Shown in pieces: positions 31,216 to 43,190 of a stretch of DNA of 64,000 nt (the first letter of the stretch is position 1; each line of letters starts with the position of its first letter). The notes beneath the pieces were generated by a model. The model was not told the origin of the DNA and ran no database searches. It worked only from the letters and a program-made list of their open reading frames with translations. Source of the stretch: Nitrospirales bacterium. Lineage in GTDB: Bacteria; Nitrospirota; Nitrospiria; Nitrospirales; UBA8639. The position numbers were made by a program, and so were the translations under genes. Location of the stretch: contig OY729426.1 of NCBI GenBank assembly GCA_963422365.1, positions 480,001-544,000 of the forward strand. Reading direction: 5' to 3'.

Positions 31216-32634
31216 ATGAACATTCAGCGATGGATCTTCGCAATCGTGGCACTCGTTGTCATGACGGCCCCCGTGACGTTCCCATCACCAGCAACGGCTG
31301 GGGACGCACTGATTGATATTTTACGGGAAAAAGGCGTCATTACGAAGGAAGATTGGATTCGGCTTAAAGCCGCCGATGAGAAGCAGGAGGCGACAAAAGC
31401 GACAATGAAAAAGGAAGAAAAGAAGAAATCTGGAGTCGAAGTCGGCTGGGGCAAAAAAGGATTTTCCTTGTCGACCCCGGATGGACTATTCCAAACCAAG
31501 ATCCAGTGGCGGTTTCAAGGCCGTTGGACCTATCCTGAACGGTCAGATCCACGCAAGAAAAGTGATTTCGAGGATAACGAAGAAAGTTCCTTCGAGCTGC
31601 GTCGGGTCCGGATGAAGGTCGGAGGCCACGGCTATCAGCCCTGGATCAAATATTACTTCGAAGTGGATTGGCAACCCGGACGTGATTACGACGACGGAGC
31701 GGGCAATGCCGCGACCCGTCTGATCGATTGGCGCATCATGTTGGAAAAATATCCCTGGGCCAAGTTGCGAATCGGGCAATGGAAAATCAACTATAACCGG
31801 GAGCGGGTCGATTCCTCAGGGAAACAGACCATGGTCGAACGTTCGATCATGAATCGCGTCTTTACCATCGACCGACAAATCGGCGCGATGTTGTACGGGC
31901 GCGTGAATCCCGGAACGCCTGTGGACATGAACTATTATCTGGGGGTCTTCTCCGGCGGAGGTCGAGGTCTGGCAAAGAACGACGACGATAACATGATGTA
32001 CATGGCACGGCTGCAATGGAACCTGTTCGGTCGGGAGCTCAAATGGCGACAAAGTGACGTCTCGTTCCATAAGAAACCCACGGGAAGTCTCTCGCTTGCA
32101 GGGTATACCACCACCGGCAAATGTACGCGATGGTCGTCAGGCGGGTGTGGAAATCTCGATAATGGTGTTACCAAATTTACCGAGCCAAATGAGGCCAAAA
32201 CTGGCCAATTCCGCGTCGAAGGGGTTCAGGTCGGGTCGGCTTTCAAGTATCGCGGGTTTGCCTGGCAACATGAAACACATTGGAAACAGATCAAGGATGC
32301 GGGTAATTCTAAGTTGGCAGAGGGAGAGAACCGATCAGGAGGAAAAACGAACATGTTCGGGGGATATGCCATGGCCGGCTACTTTCCACACGATATCTTT
32401 CCGGCCATTCCCAAACCATTGGAAGTGGCATTCCGATATGCACACGTAGACCCGAACATCAGTCAATCCGGAGATTTCCGCCAAGAATATACCGCCGGTT
32501 TGAATTGGTTCTTCGCCGGCCATCGAAACAAACTGACGCTTGACGCCTCCCACCTCACGCTCGCGAATGAAAAGGAAGGCCACGAAGACTACAGCGAACA
32601 ACGCGTCCGCCTCCAGTGGGACGTGTCATTCTGA
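31216..32634 (+). CDS. Phosphate-selective porin (OprO/OprP family)
   Basis: Signal peptide, FELRRVRM, RIGQWK, GLNWFF, C-terminal Phe; upstream pho box. Confidence 0.82.
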   Translation: MNIQRWIFAIVALVVMTAPVTFPSPATAGDALIDILREKGVITKEDWIRLKAADEKQEATKATMKKEEKKKSGVEVGWGKKGFSLSTPDGLFQTKIQWRFQGRWTYPERSDPRKKSDFEDNEESSFELRRVRMKVGGHGYQPWIKYYFEVDWQPGRDYDDGAGNAATRLIDWRIMLEKYPWAKLRIGQWKINYNRERVDSSGKQTMVERSIMNRVFTIDRQIGAMLYGRVNPGTPVDMNYYLGVFSGGGRGLAKNDDDNMMYMARLQWNLFGRELKWRQSDVSFHKKPTGSLSLAGYTTTGKCTRWSSGGCGNLDNGVTKFTEPNEAKTGQFRVEGVQVGSAFKYRGFAWQHETHWKQIKDAGNSKLAEGENRSGGKTNMFGGYAMAGYFPHDIFPAIPKPLEVAFRYAHVDPNISQSGDFRQEYTAGLNWFFAGHRNKLTLDASHLTLANEKEGHEDYSEQRVRLQWDVSF

Positions 32635-33000
32635 TCCTCCTGTCGGGAAGCGCCGTGGAACGTGACGTTCCAAGGAGCTTCCTCCCTCTTTTCTTCTCGG
32701 CCACTCATGGCCGCATGAGATGCGGCCCTACACATACAACAGCTACGAATGTGAAATGCTGCTGCAACAGAACTCATCAGGATGTAGCGGCGACATCCCT
32801 GCTCGAAGGCAGAGCCTGCCCCGTACCCTGATACGGAGGACAGGCCTTATCGCGCTTCATTGTGGGCGGCAGCCGGCATGTTCCGGGCTGGGAACCAGGA
32901 TGCCACGCTACACAAATGACAAAATTCGGCCGCGACAGCACGCCGGCGGTCGCATGGAAAGCGAGAAAAAAACAACGGACATGATGATGCGCCCCCGCCC

Positions 33001-33215
33001 GTCATTCCCGCGAAAGCGGGAATCCAGACTCTTTCGGCTTCCCGCTTTCGTGAGGACAAACACAGAAAAGACGGGCTGGATTCTCGCTCACAGCCGGCGA
33101 GAACGACAGGGGACTGATACCATGGCTTTCATGAAATGGGCTTCCACTGGATTCTCGCCCCGTCCCCGACCTGCTCGGGGATCGTGGACGAGGTCAAGCT
33201 TGCGCGGGCATGACG
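33001..33215. repeat. Cluster of REP-like palindromes
   Basis: gtcattcccgcgaaagcgggaatccag plus degenerate inverted copies ctggattctcgc... ending gcgggcatgacg. Confidence 0.7.
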
Positions 33216-33306
33216 TCGGCCCTGCATTGTGACGGTTGTTTTGTCAAAATCACTCATCCATCAAAAGAAAGTTGACAGCCTACTAGGCTGAGACGGCCAA
33301 CCCGTT

Positions 33307-33966
33307 TTACCGTAATTCTTTGAATCGTATCCCGACTTGCCACGGCTTCCCTGTGGCGAAGGGTACGAATGTTTCTCTTTGCGGTGGAACCATGAAGCGG
33401 GCTGGATGAAACACCAGTCGCCCGGGTTGGGGCTCCATTTGTTTGAGAGGCTGGTGTCTGACTGGTGACCGGTATTCTTCGATATCCTGCCAAATTTCAG
33501 TCTGGGCCCCATGATTACTCAGGATCACGTACAGCACGTTCCCCTGAATAAACATTCCTCCTGAAGTCATCAATTCGTACACGTCGGAAATCTCTCCGCG
33601 CTCATAAAAGGTGACGACTTCGTTCGGCTGCGCCAGACTGAGCCCTCTGGCAAGCAGCGGCGCAAAAAAATCGATTTCTTTTTGATTAAAGGCCAGAGAA
33701 CGTTCTGATTCGCCCCCGCCTAACAACGGCAAGGAGATAGCGGAGCTTCGTTCGACGTACAGTCCTTTCATCACATTGGCAATATCGGCCTTCTTGAGAT
33801 CAGCCGGATGCGAAAACCCTCTCCCCTGGCTCCTCTCGGAAACAGGCTGAAGCCCGACCACCCGATTGGAGTCCTCATAGACCATCTGGGTCACAACTGG
33901 TGAGATGCCGCTGCAAGCGGCGAGCAGCCAAACCATACTGAATCCGAGTCCCGTCAAGACTTTCAT
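33307..33966 (-). CDS. Lipoprotein of unknown function
   Basis: Lipobox LLAAC after hydrophobic stretch; AAGAAGG upstream. Confidence 0.75.
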   Translation of the reverse strand: MKVLTGLGFSMVWLLAACSGISPVVTQMVYEDSNRVVGLQPVSERSQGRGFSHPADLKKADIANVMKGLYVERSSAISLPLLGGGESERSLAFNQKEIDFFAPLLARGLSLAQPNEVVTFYERGEISDVYELMTSGGMFIQGNVLYVILSNHGAQTEIWQDIEEYRSPVRHQPLKQMEPQPGRLVFHPARFMVPPQRETFVPFATGKPWQVGIRFKELR

Positions 33967-34024
33967 CCTTCTTCTCACTCCTTTCTTACGATATACGCGG
34001 CATCGAGTCATCACTATTGGCTAA

Positions 34025-34046
34025 CGGTCATGTCACTGTCATACGA
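34025..34046 (+). promoter_or_regulatory. Pho-box-like direct repeat upstream of CBS-psiE-arsC
   Basis: cgGTCATgtca ctGTCATacga, 11-bp period. Confidence 0.55.
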
Positions 34047-34216
34047 AGGGAAAGCAACGTACGCGTACATCCATTTTATAGCATAACGTCACGATTGACT
34101 TCACTGATTCCGTAGAGCATTCCGGCGATTGCAACGCGTGTTTACTCGACTTTAACTTCAGGGACATCGTCTCTTTACATTGCGTGGATACGCTATCAAC
34201 AATCAGAAGGAGGACG

Positions 34217-34600
34217 ATGCTTCGCATCCAAGAACTCATGAAACGAGATCTGATTGCCGTTCAGAGCGATGAAACCGCGTTCGGGGCTTGCTTGCTCATG
34301 CGCATCCTGAGCATCGGCAGCGTGTTTGTGAAAGAGCAGGGCACCATCATCGGCATCGTCACCGAAGCCGACATCGTCAAAAAAGTGGTGTCGATGAGCC
34401 GAATTCCCGAACAGACACCGGTCAAACAGGTCATGAGTGCGACGGTCATCGGGATCGGGCAAGATCGGCCATTGTTTGAAGCCGCCGACATGATGGAACA
34501 ACATGGCACGCGCCACTTGGCAGTCACGCAGGAAAACGAAATTATCGAGGTCCTGTCTGTTCGAGACATGCTGCATCCCGTAGCCATTGATGACCTCTAA
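34217..34600 (+). CDS. CBS-domain protein
   Basis: Two CBS repeats (IGIVTEADI...; RHLAV...VLSVRD); GGAGG RBS. Confidence 0.9.
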   Translation: MLRIQELMKRDLIAVQSDETAFGACLLMRILSIGSVFVKEQGTIIGIVTEADIVKKVVSMSRIPEQTPVKQVMSATVIGIGQDRPLFEAADMMEQHGTRHLAVTQENEIIEVLSVRDMLHPVAIDDL

Positions 34601-34676
34601 TAGTCAGACTTCCGCCTTCACGAACTCCAACTCAGACCATACTCGTCTGTCTTGTCTTTCACGCGCACGCGCCGAT

Positions 34677-35103
34677 ATGACCACGATCTGGACGTACGGT
34701 ACGAAAGTCTTGCTGAGTTTGTTAATTCTGACTCTCTTGATGGCGCTGACGGGTGGAGCGGTGAAAAACTTGGCCGAGCTTTATCTCTTTGATATCCGAA
34801 CCGCTGGAAGTGGGGTGCCGAAAGATCATTGTGAATACCTTCCTGCTCCTTGCGATTGTTGCAGTGTCCAAAGCCACCGTCACGTCTTTTTCCGAAGGAC
34901 GAGTCAAAGTGACTTGTATTGTCGATAAGATTTTGGGGGTCATGCTGACCGAAGTCATTTCGCAGTGGGTTCAAGACGCTTCGCTTACGCAATGGCTGAC
35001 CCTTGGAGGTATCCTTCTGGCACTTGCCGTCACCCGAATCGTCGCGGTTCAGTGGTCTCCGACGAAATCTCCCCATCAGGGGTCTGATCGCGAACAGGAA
35101 TGA
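34677..35103 (+). pseudogene. psiE: PsiE-family (phosphate-starvation-inducible) membrane protein, frameshifted
   Basis: Four TM segments split over two frames near 34790; SFSEGRVKVTCIVD...MLTEVI. Confidence 0.65.
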
Positions 35104-35190
35104 GACCGGACGCGAATTCTCTTGTTGTGCAGGGGAAGATCTTGTTGCCATTCAATAGACAAAGGTGGCTTCGTCATCATCTGGCCCCGA
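35100..35190 (+). pseudogene. arsC: N-terminal remnant of ArsC/LMW-PTP arsenate reductase
   Basis: Reads TRILLLCRGRSCC (cf. family VLFLCTGNSCRS), then after a shift RWLRHHLA; ATG overlaps psiE stop. Confidence 0.55.
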
Positions 35191-35267
35191 CGGGCGTCGC
35201 CGTCGCCTGTCGGGGTGGCTCCTGAGGGCGAGCCGGCTTTCCGCACGACGGGTCCTGCCGGGGTGGG

Positions 35268-38200
35268 TTAGAAGCGGAAGGCCCCGGTCAACCCGACGCG
35301 GGACTCGGCGGGGGCGCCGGGGCGACGCGTCTGCTCGGTGAAGAGCGCCGCCTCCAGCCCGTGGGCCCAGCCCGGCACTGCCAGCCGCAGGCCCCCGTGC
35401 AGCCGCTGGGCCTGCCCGTCCCCCAGACTCAGTTCTCCGTAGGGCGTCAGCCGGCCCCACCCGTCCCAGACCCTCAGGCCGTAGCCCAACTCCACGTCCA
35501 GCCGATCCGGCACCGCCCCCGGGCCCGCCCGTCCCCCACTCACCCCGCCCGGCAGGGCCCCCGGCTCGCTCTCCCACATCGCCTCCAGCCCGCTCCCCGC
35601 CTGACCCCAGACCGGCGTCAGGGAAAAGGCCGGCCCCAGCCCCGCCTCGCCCGGCGCAACCCGCGCGCTGACACTCGCCCCCCCACGCTTCAAAGCCCGC
35701 CGCCTGGTGGGCCACCAGCCAGCGCCCCTGCCCCGTCACCGAGACCCCCAACGCCGGCTGCTCATACGCTAGCCCCGCCCCCACCTCGAGGCCCACACCC
35801 GTCTCCGCATCACCCCCGTCCAGCCGCCCGCCGATCTCCAGGCTCGGCTGCAGCCGGTGCCCCGCCGCCCACGCCCAGGCCGTCTGCCCCGTCAGCATGA
35901 GTCGCAGCCGCTGCACCGCCGCGTCCGCCGCCGGAAGGCCCGGGACTGCCTCCGAGTCCATCCAGACTCCGACAGCGTCGGTTTTGAGCGACAGGGCCAC
36001 AGCCCCGGGCCCCCCGTGCCCCCACCGCCCCCATCCGCATCCCTACGTCGGTCTCCACCTCACCCCGCTTGTCCTTGAGCTGCAACTCGCCCCAGCCCAC
36101 CCCGACCACGCCCCAGACTTCCATGTCTTCGTCCACTGCCCAGCGCAGGTAGGGATACAGGCTGGTTACTGCTGACCGCACATCGCCCCGGCCGGCCTCT
36201 GGCCCAACCGCGAACCGGCCCCGGCCTACGCTATGCGAAACGGCCAGGCCGGCCAGGCCCCAGGGATCGGCGTAGTCCACCCCCACCCAGCCGAACACCA
36301 CATCCCCCTCCAGCGCCAGCCGGTCCCCCCGGAATCCCCCCGCCGGCGCCGCCCAGGCCCGCCCCGCTACCGGCCAGCTCATCGCCCCGGCCCCCACCGC
36401 CCCACTCGCCACGGGCTCCCGGCCCCGCCGTGTCGTCCCCCGCCGCCGCCCTGAGCGTCACCGGCCGCCCGCCCAGCGTCACCCGCGTGCCCAGCCCCGC
36501 CGGCCCCCCCATAAGCCGCTCCCCGATGACTGCCACCGCCTGGCTCGCCATCGTGCGCCCAAACCGCCCTAGCCAGTGCGTCGAGACCTCGGCTCGAGCC
36601 GTGTCGCTGACAATGGGGACAAACGCCTGGAATGGCGAAAACTTGCTGGTCGCGCCGCAGACCGCGCTAGGCTGCGCCCCGCCCACAAGCGGCAACGCCG
36701 CCCAGCGGGCAGTACCCGCCTCATAGTGGTACACCGCCACTCCGTCGGCCGGCTCGCCCAGGGGCAGACACACCGTCGCAGTGGCTCCCCCAGGGAACGC
36801 GGAGAGCCGACCCTTGTTCAGGCTGATGTCCACAGCCGGCGAGACCCGTCGGTAGCCCGGCTGGGCCGGCAAATCCGTTGGGGCTCGCTTCACCGTGATC
36901 GTGGTAATCGCCTCACCCCCCAGCTGCTCTAGCGGCAGCGTGAGCCCGAGACCCGCCGGCGCCCCCTGCTCTACCTCCAGCGTGATCCGCTGGCCACGGC
37001 TCACAACAACCTCACCCGCCCGCAGGGGCGCAAACCTCACGTGCCCATCCTGCTCAGCAACCGACACCAACACCCTGATCGTTACCGCCGCCGCCGCCGA
37101 ACGCTCGCCGTGCGTATCCGTGACCGTCAGGGCAAAGGTCAGGGCAATGGTCTTAGCCAGATCGCTCGGCGCCGTGAAGCTCGGGCGGACCGTCTCCGCA
37201 CCCTCCAGCTTGATCTTCGGCGCGGCAGCCGCCTCGACCGGCTCCCAGGCATAGCTCAGCCCCTCGCCCTCCGGGTCGCGGCTCCCCGAGCCGTCAAGCG
37301 TGACCCGCACACCCTGGGCCACCGTCAAGCCCTCCCCGGCATGCGCGACCGGCGGGTCGTTCCCATCGGTCACCGTGACCACAATGGTCTGTTCAAGCGT
37401 CTTCTCTCCCTCCCCCGTTTGGACAACGGCGGTCACGCCCACAATGTACTGGTTGTTGCCCGCGTCGTTCACAGGGTCCGTACTGGCCTCGTCGGCCGGA
37501 GTCTCGAAGTCGGGCACAGCCCTGAAGGTCAGCACCCCCGTGGCAGGGTCCACCTCGAACTGCTCACGATCAACCCCGCCGACAATGGCATAGGTCACAG
37601 CCTCGCCCCCCACGGCCAGCACCGTGCCAACAGCACCCTGGTTCTCCGGCACCTCGAACACGGCAGGGCTGACAATCGCCGCCTCGTCGTCGTCAATATT
37701 GGTGACGGCAACGTCACTCGCGTCAAGCCCGTTGTAGGTGGCATCCGAACTCGCAGCCGCGGCCAGTACGATCCTGTAGGCCTGGTCGCCATCGTCCACC
37801 TCGTCATCCACGCCGGTGACCGTGACCGGGGTCGGCTGGTTCCAGGTGGAAGGGGTGAAGGTCAGTGAGGCCGGGAAAACCGTGCCTTCGCCAGTGTCGG
37901 AACTGGTGACGGTGATGCTGACCTGCTCCCTCGGCTGGCTGTCCAAAACGACGCTGATGGTGTCACTACCGCCACCTTCCGTGGTGGCGGTGCCGCCACC
38001 AGTCTCGGACACCGTGACGCCGGCAGTGTCGTTATCGGTCAGGGTCACACTGACGCCGGTAATGCCCACCGAACCGTAGCCGCCCCCGGAGACTGCATGG
38101 GTGATGGTCGTGCTTCTCTCCCCATCGGTCTCGTCATCCACCCCGGTGACGGTGATGGTTTGTACGGTGTTCCAGTTGGCGCTGGTGAAGGTCAGGGAGG

Positions 38201-41200
38201 CCGGGGACACCGTGCCTTCACTGGTATCGCTACTGCTGACAGCGATCGTCACGTCCGCCGTCGGTTGGCTGTCCAACACCACTCTGACGGTGTCCGTCCC
38301 GCCGCTCTCCGTGGTCACCGTGCTGCCACCACTCTCGGTAACCCTCACGCTAAAGACCCCAATCACCTGCACCGCTACGTGCACCCCACTGAGACCTTGG
38401 TAGCCCCCACCGGTTACCGCATGGGTAATTGTGGCAATCCCCTCCTCATCGGTGTCATCATACACGCCGGTGACGATCACGGTCTGAGGCCGATCCCAGT
38501 TCCCCCTGTTAAAGGTCAGCTCGGACGGCGAGACCGTGGCCACGCCCGTCGCGCGACTGACAGGGGTGATGATGACCTTCCCAGTCGGCTGGCCGCCTAA
38601 TACCACGGTGTAGGTGGCCGTGTTGCCTACGCCACTCGCCTCCGGTCACGGTCACGCTGCCCCTGGAGACAGTGAGACCTCTACCGTCATTATCTATGAG
38701 GTTCACGGCGACGTCCGGGATCGAGACCGGTCCGTAGCCGCCTCCCCTTGCCGTATGACTGATGCTGGTGCTCCTATCTACATCCGTGTCATCATCCACC
38801 CCCGTCACCGTCACGAGCTGCGGAGTGTCCCAGTTACTCGGGGTAAAGGTCAGCTCGGACGGCGAGACCGTGGCCACGCCCGTCGCGCGACTGACAGGGT
38901 GATGATGACCTTCCCAGTCGGCTGGTAGTCTAATACCACGGTGTAGGTGGCCGTGTTACCCGCACCACTTGCCTCCGTCACGGTCACGCTACTCGTGGAG
39001 AACGTCACGCCCGCCTCGTCATCATCGGTCACCGTGACCGCGACATCCGGGATCGAGACCCGCCGATACCCACTTCCCCTTGCCGTATGACGGATACTGG
39101 TGCTCCTATCTACTTCGGTGTCATCATCCACCCCCGTCACCGTCACCGTCTGCGCGGTAGCTCAGTTGCTCGGGGTAAAGGTTAAGGCCGCAGAGACCGT
39201 GGCCACGCCAGGGTCACTACTGACAGGGGTGATGATGACCTTCCCAGTCGGCTGGCTGGTTAACACCACCGTGTAGTCCGCCGTGTTGCCTACACCACTC
39301 GCCTCCGTCACGGTCACGCTACTCTCGGAAACCGTCACGCCCGCCTCATCGTCATCCGTCCACTTCACGCTTACAAAAAGACGATTACTATCCAGCTTGT
39401 CGTAGCTCCCGCCTGATGCTTTATGGGTGATCAGTAACGCTCTCAAATTCTTCCGCCGGTCAATGTCATCCGTCACGCACGCCACAATCACCTTCTGCGG
39501 CTGATCCCAGTTGGCAGAAGTAAAAACCAAACGCAGCGGGCTGATGGCGAGCATGTCGGTGTGCTCGGTGGTCGGCGTGATGGTCACCGGCTCACCAGGA
39601 TCCTTACCCAATACGATGCTGTAGCTGTCGCTTTGATGCTCTCCGAGAGCTTCGTCAACGCGCAGGGTGCGCTTGGATATGAGAATCCCACTATCGGTGT
39701 CGTGCACGATTACGCCTACTTCCGCAACGTCATCCGCATCATAGCCCCCGCCCGATGGCGTATGGGTAATGGTGGTGTCACGACCCCCTACGCTGCCGTC
39801 ATCCACCCCAGTGACCGTCACGCGCTGCCCACGCTCCCAGTTGCTCGGGGTAAAGGTCAGACGGGACGGCGTGACCGTGGCCACGCCCCTGTCTTCACTC
39901 CGAATCCCTACCGTCACCTTCCCACTCGGCCGTGCACTTAAACTGACTTCGTAGTTCGCGCTGTTTGTATCCCCACTCTCGTCCACATTGATGCTACTCG
40001 TGCTGGTCATGACACGAATATCGTCGTCTTGCACGGTCACTGCTACACTCGGAACTCGTATGGAGGCATAGCCCCCACCACTGATGCTATGCCTGACCAC
40101 GGCGCGGCGATCTTCTCCCTCGTCATCCTCCACGCCCGTCACGATAACGGGCTGAGCCTGATCCCAGTTCCCCCTGGTAAAGGTCAGACGGGACGGGGAA
40201 ACCGTCGCAATATCCGAGTCGCTACTGACAGGCGTGATGGTGACCTCCCCACTCGGCTGGGTGTTGAGCACTAGGGTGTAGATGGTGCTGCGCCCAGCGC
40301 CACCGGCTTCGGTGACGGTGACCGCATTCTTGGAGACCGTCACGCCGGCAGTATCGTCATCGGTCAGCGTGACGCTCACGTCGGCCACGCTCACGCCACC
40401 ATACCCACCACCACTGGCGTTGTGGCTGATGGTCGTGGTCCGTTCCCAATCGGTGCTGTCATCCACCCCGGTGACGGTGATGGTCTGTGCCGTATCCCAG
40501 TTGCTGGTAGTAAACGTCAGGGACGCCGGCGACACGGTAGCCACGCCAGTATCACTGCTGGTAGGCGTGATGGTCACGTCGCCACCCGGCTGGACATCGA
40601 GCACTACGGTGTAGGTCGTGCTGCGCCCACTACCAATGGCTTCGGTTACCGTGACACTGCTCTTGGATAACGTGACGCTGGCGATGTCATCATCCGCGTT
40701 GGTGACGGCGACGTCGTCGGCATCCTCGCCGCTGTAGTTGGAATCGGTGCTCACCGCCGCAGCCAGTACGATGTTATAGGATTGATCCCCGTCGGTCAGG
40801 TTGTCATCCACACCCGTCACGGTGATCTCCTGGGCCATGTCCCAGTTGCTCGTGGTAAAGGTCAGGGACGCCGGCGTCACCGTGCCTTCACTGGCATCGC
40901 TACTGCTAACCCCAATGACCACGTTCGCCGTCGGTTGGCTGTCCAACACCACGCTGACGGTGTCACTACCGCCACTCTCCGTGGTCGCAGTGCTGCCCTC
41001 ACTCTCGGTAACCATCACGCCGGCAGCGTCATCATCGGTCACCGTGACGCTCACGTCGGCCACGCTCACGCCACCATACCTACCACCACTGGCGTTGTGG
41101 CTGATGGTCGTGGTCCGATCTGCACTATCTACGGCATCGTCCACCCCCGTCACGGTCACCGCCTGCGCGGTGTTCCAATTGCTCGTGGTAAACGTCAGGG

Positions 41201-42476
41201 CCGCAGACACGGTGGCCACGCCGGTATCACTGCTGGTAGGCGTGATGGTCACGTCCCCACTCGGCTGGACATCGAGCACTAGGGTGTAGGTGGCGGTATT
41301 GCCACTGCCACTGGCTTCGGTGACCGTGACACTGCTCTTGGATAACGTGACGCCGGCGACCGAAGAAGTAGCCGCAGAGGTGAGAGTCTCCGCTTTCCCA
41401 CCAGTGTCCGTCCAAGTCACAGCGACGGTGATGGCCTTACCGACGTCGGCTCGTGTCAGGGTGTACTTGCTACTGGTGGCCCCGCTGATGGCAATGCCAT
41501 CGCACATGACTGGTGGTGCTCGCACTACTATGCGAAATGCTAGTCCATCGCGCACTCGATAATCCATTAGCTTCGAGCGCATACTGGATCTCGTACCCAA
41601 TGATGTCGGAGCTATCAGGATCATTCCAACTCAGCGTAACCGGTGGGCGATGTTTGCCCGGCGTCGCCGTAAGCCCAGTGGGCGCGGCCAAGCCTTTGGC
41701 CGGCGTTGCGTTGACGGCATTGGATTGTATCCCCACCGCAGTACCAGCCACCGCACGGATGCGGAAGCCATACTCGACGCCATTGGTCAGCCCCGTTACA
41801 ACTTGACTGGTGGTGCTCGCTCCGCTGTTCGGAATGTCAATCCAGCCCCCGGATTCTCTTGCCCCCCTCCAATACTTCACCTGGTACTTCGTGATGTACG
41901 GGTTACGAGGATTAGTCCATCTCAGCGGTATCTGACGGCTACCTATCGTCAGCCTGATTCCAGTAGGCGCGGCAGGGGGACCTACCGGGGTTGCCTTGAC
42001 GACATCGGATTGTCTCCCTTCAGCAGTGCCAGCCATCGCACGGACGCGGAAGTAATATATGGCGCCATTGGTCAGCCCCGTTACAACGTGGCTGGTGGTG
42101 CTCGCTCTACTACCCGAAATGTCAGTCCAGCCGGGCTCGCTCCCGTTGATCAGCCACCACTTCACCTGATACTTCGTTATGCCTGCATTATTCGGATTAT
42201 TCCAGATCAACGTCACCTCACCGTCGCCCGCCACCGCCTTGAGTCCGGTAGGCTTAGGGACGGCTACCTGCGCTTGAACAACGGTGGGCAGCAATAGAAA
42301 CAGAGCGACAGCAACACCAAGTAAAGAGAAAAGAAGACATTGCGTCCTATCTCTTTTTTTGGGGGGGGGTAAGGTAAGGCATTCTGGAGCCTAGGCGTGC
42401 CCGGTTCCGCGAGTCCTGCCCTCACGGATTCCTTTCCGACACTCTCAGGTTTTCTCTGGGTGACCAGCGTTAACAC
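35268..42476 (-). pseudogene. Giant autotransporter adhesin (FN3, 11 Calx-beta-like repeats, cadherin, PKD-like, beta-barrel), multiply disrupted
   Basis: AAGGAGG + GTG 42476; signal peptide; FN3 (Y.FRVRA); 11 'LTFT..NW' modules; VPENQ...PDFETP cadherin; LDGSGSRDPEG...YAW; barrel ending GAFRF; about 8 lesions. Confidence 0.85.
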
Positions 42477-42669
42477 GTGTTGCCCCTCCTTCGTTTATCT
42501 CGAAGCAACAAGCATGGCAGACAGTCATGTGGTTTTCCACAACTCTTTCCTGTTTGCAAGCGACGGGTGCGTTGCCCCATACCTTGGCGGCCGCGTGCCG
42601 TGGCATCTCTGCTCGCCCGCCGGCACGTCTTCCCACACCCCCCGTTGCTTGTCAGATTGACGGACAGGG

Positions 42670-42940
42670 GAACAACGCCTGCAGGGGGAGCCATGGAAAC
42701 AGGCGGCGTGGAGATTTATTGCTCCAAATCCAGGCATTTTTCGGCCACCGGTTTGATTGTGTGCTGACCGTGTGCGACCAAGCCCCAAAACGCTGCCCGA
42801 CTTTCCCAGCCTCTTCCCACTCCCTGTATTGGGGTGTTCCTGATTCTGCCAACGATCAAGGACCCCATGAAGAACAAAACGCCCTCTTCTGCCATGTCCG
42901 TGATCACATTCGGAAGCGGGGCGAAGCCTTTGTTCATGTA
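42670..42940 (+). pseudogene. arsC: C-terminal remnant of ArsC/LMW-PTP arsenate reductase
   Basis: AMETGGVEI...RFDCVLTVCDQAPKRCPTFP...YWGVPDSA...FCHVRDHI. Confidence 0.75.
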
Positions 42941-43010
42941 GGGCTCGTTTCGGCTGTCGGCTTACGCCTCCCCCCTCGTCCGCAGGCTCCCCCTACGACC
43001 GACCATGCTG

Positions 43011-43092
43011 GTCATGCCCGCTTGTTTTTAGTGGGAATCCACAACCGCGTGCGCCTGTCGATTCTCTGGATTCCCGCCTGCGCGGGCATGAC
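43011..43092. repeat. REP-like palindromic pair
   Basis: gtcatgcccgc...gggaatccac ... ctggattcccgcctgcgcgggcatgac. Confidence 0.7.
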
Positions 43093-43190
43093 CACGTTAC
43101 GTTCCCTCACCCGAACGGGTTGATTCGTCTCATCGTCTTTTCTCCTTCCCCCCGCTCTGTTAAAATTTCGCTTTGTCCGAGGACCCACCG

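Noticed and set aside
32720..33232. 170-aa ORF after the porin
   Set aside because: Runs through REP palindromes and has atypical composition; likely spurious
37700..41350. Regularly spaced repeats as a possible CRISPR array
   Set aside because: Units are about 320 nt, protein-coding and degenerate; there is no repeat-spacer structure and no cas genes
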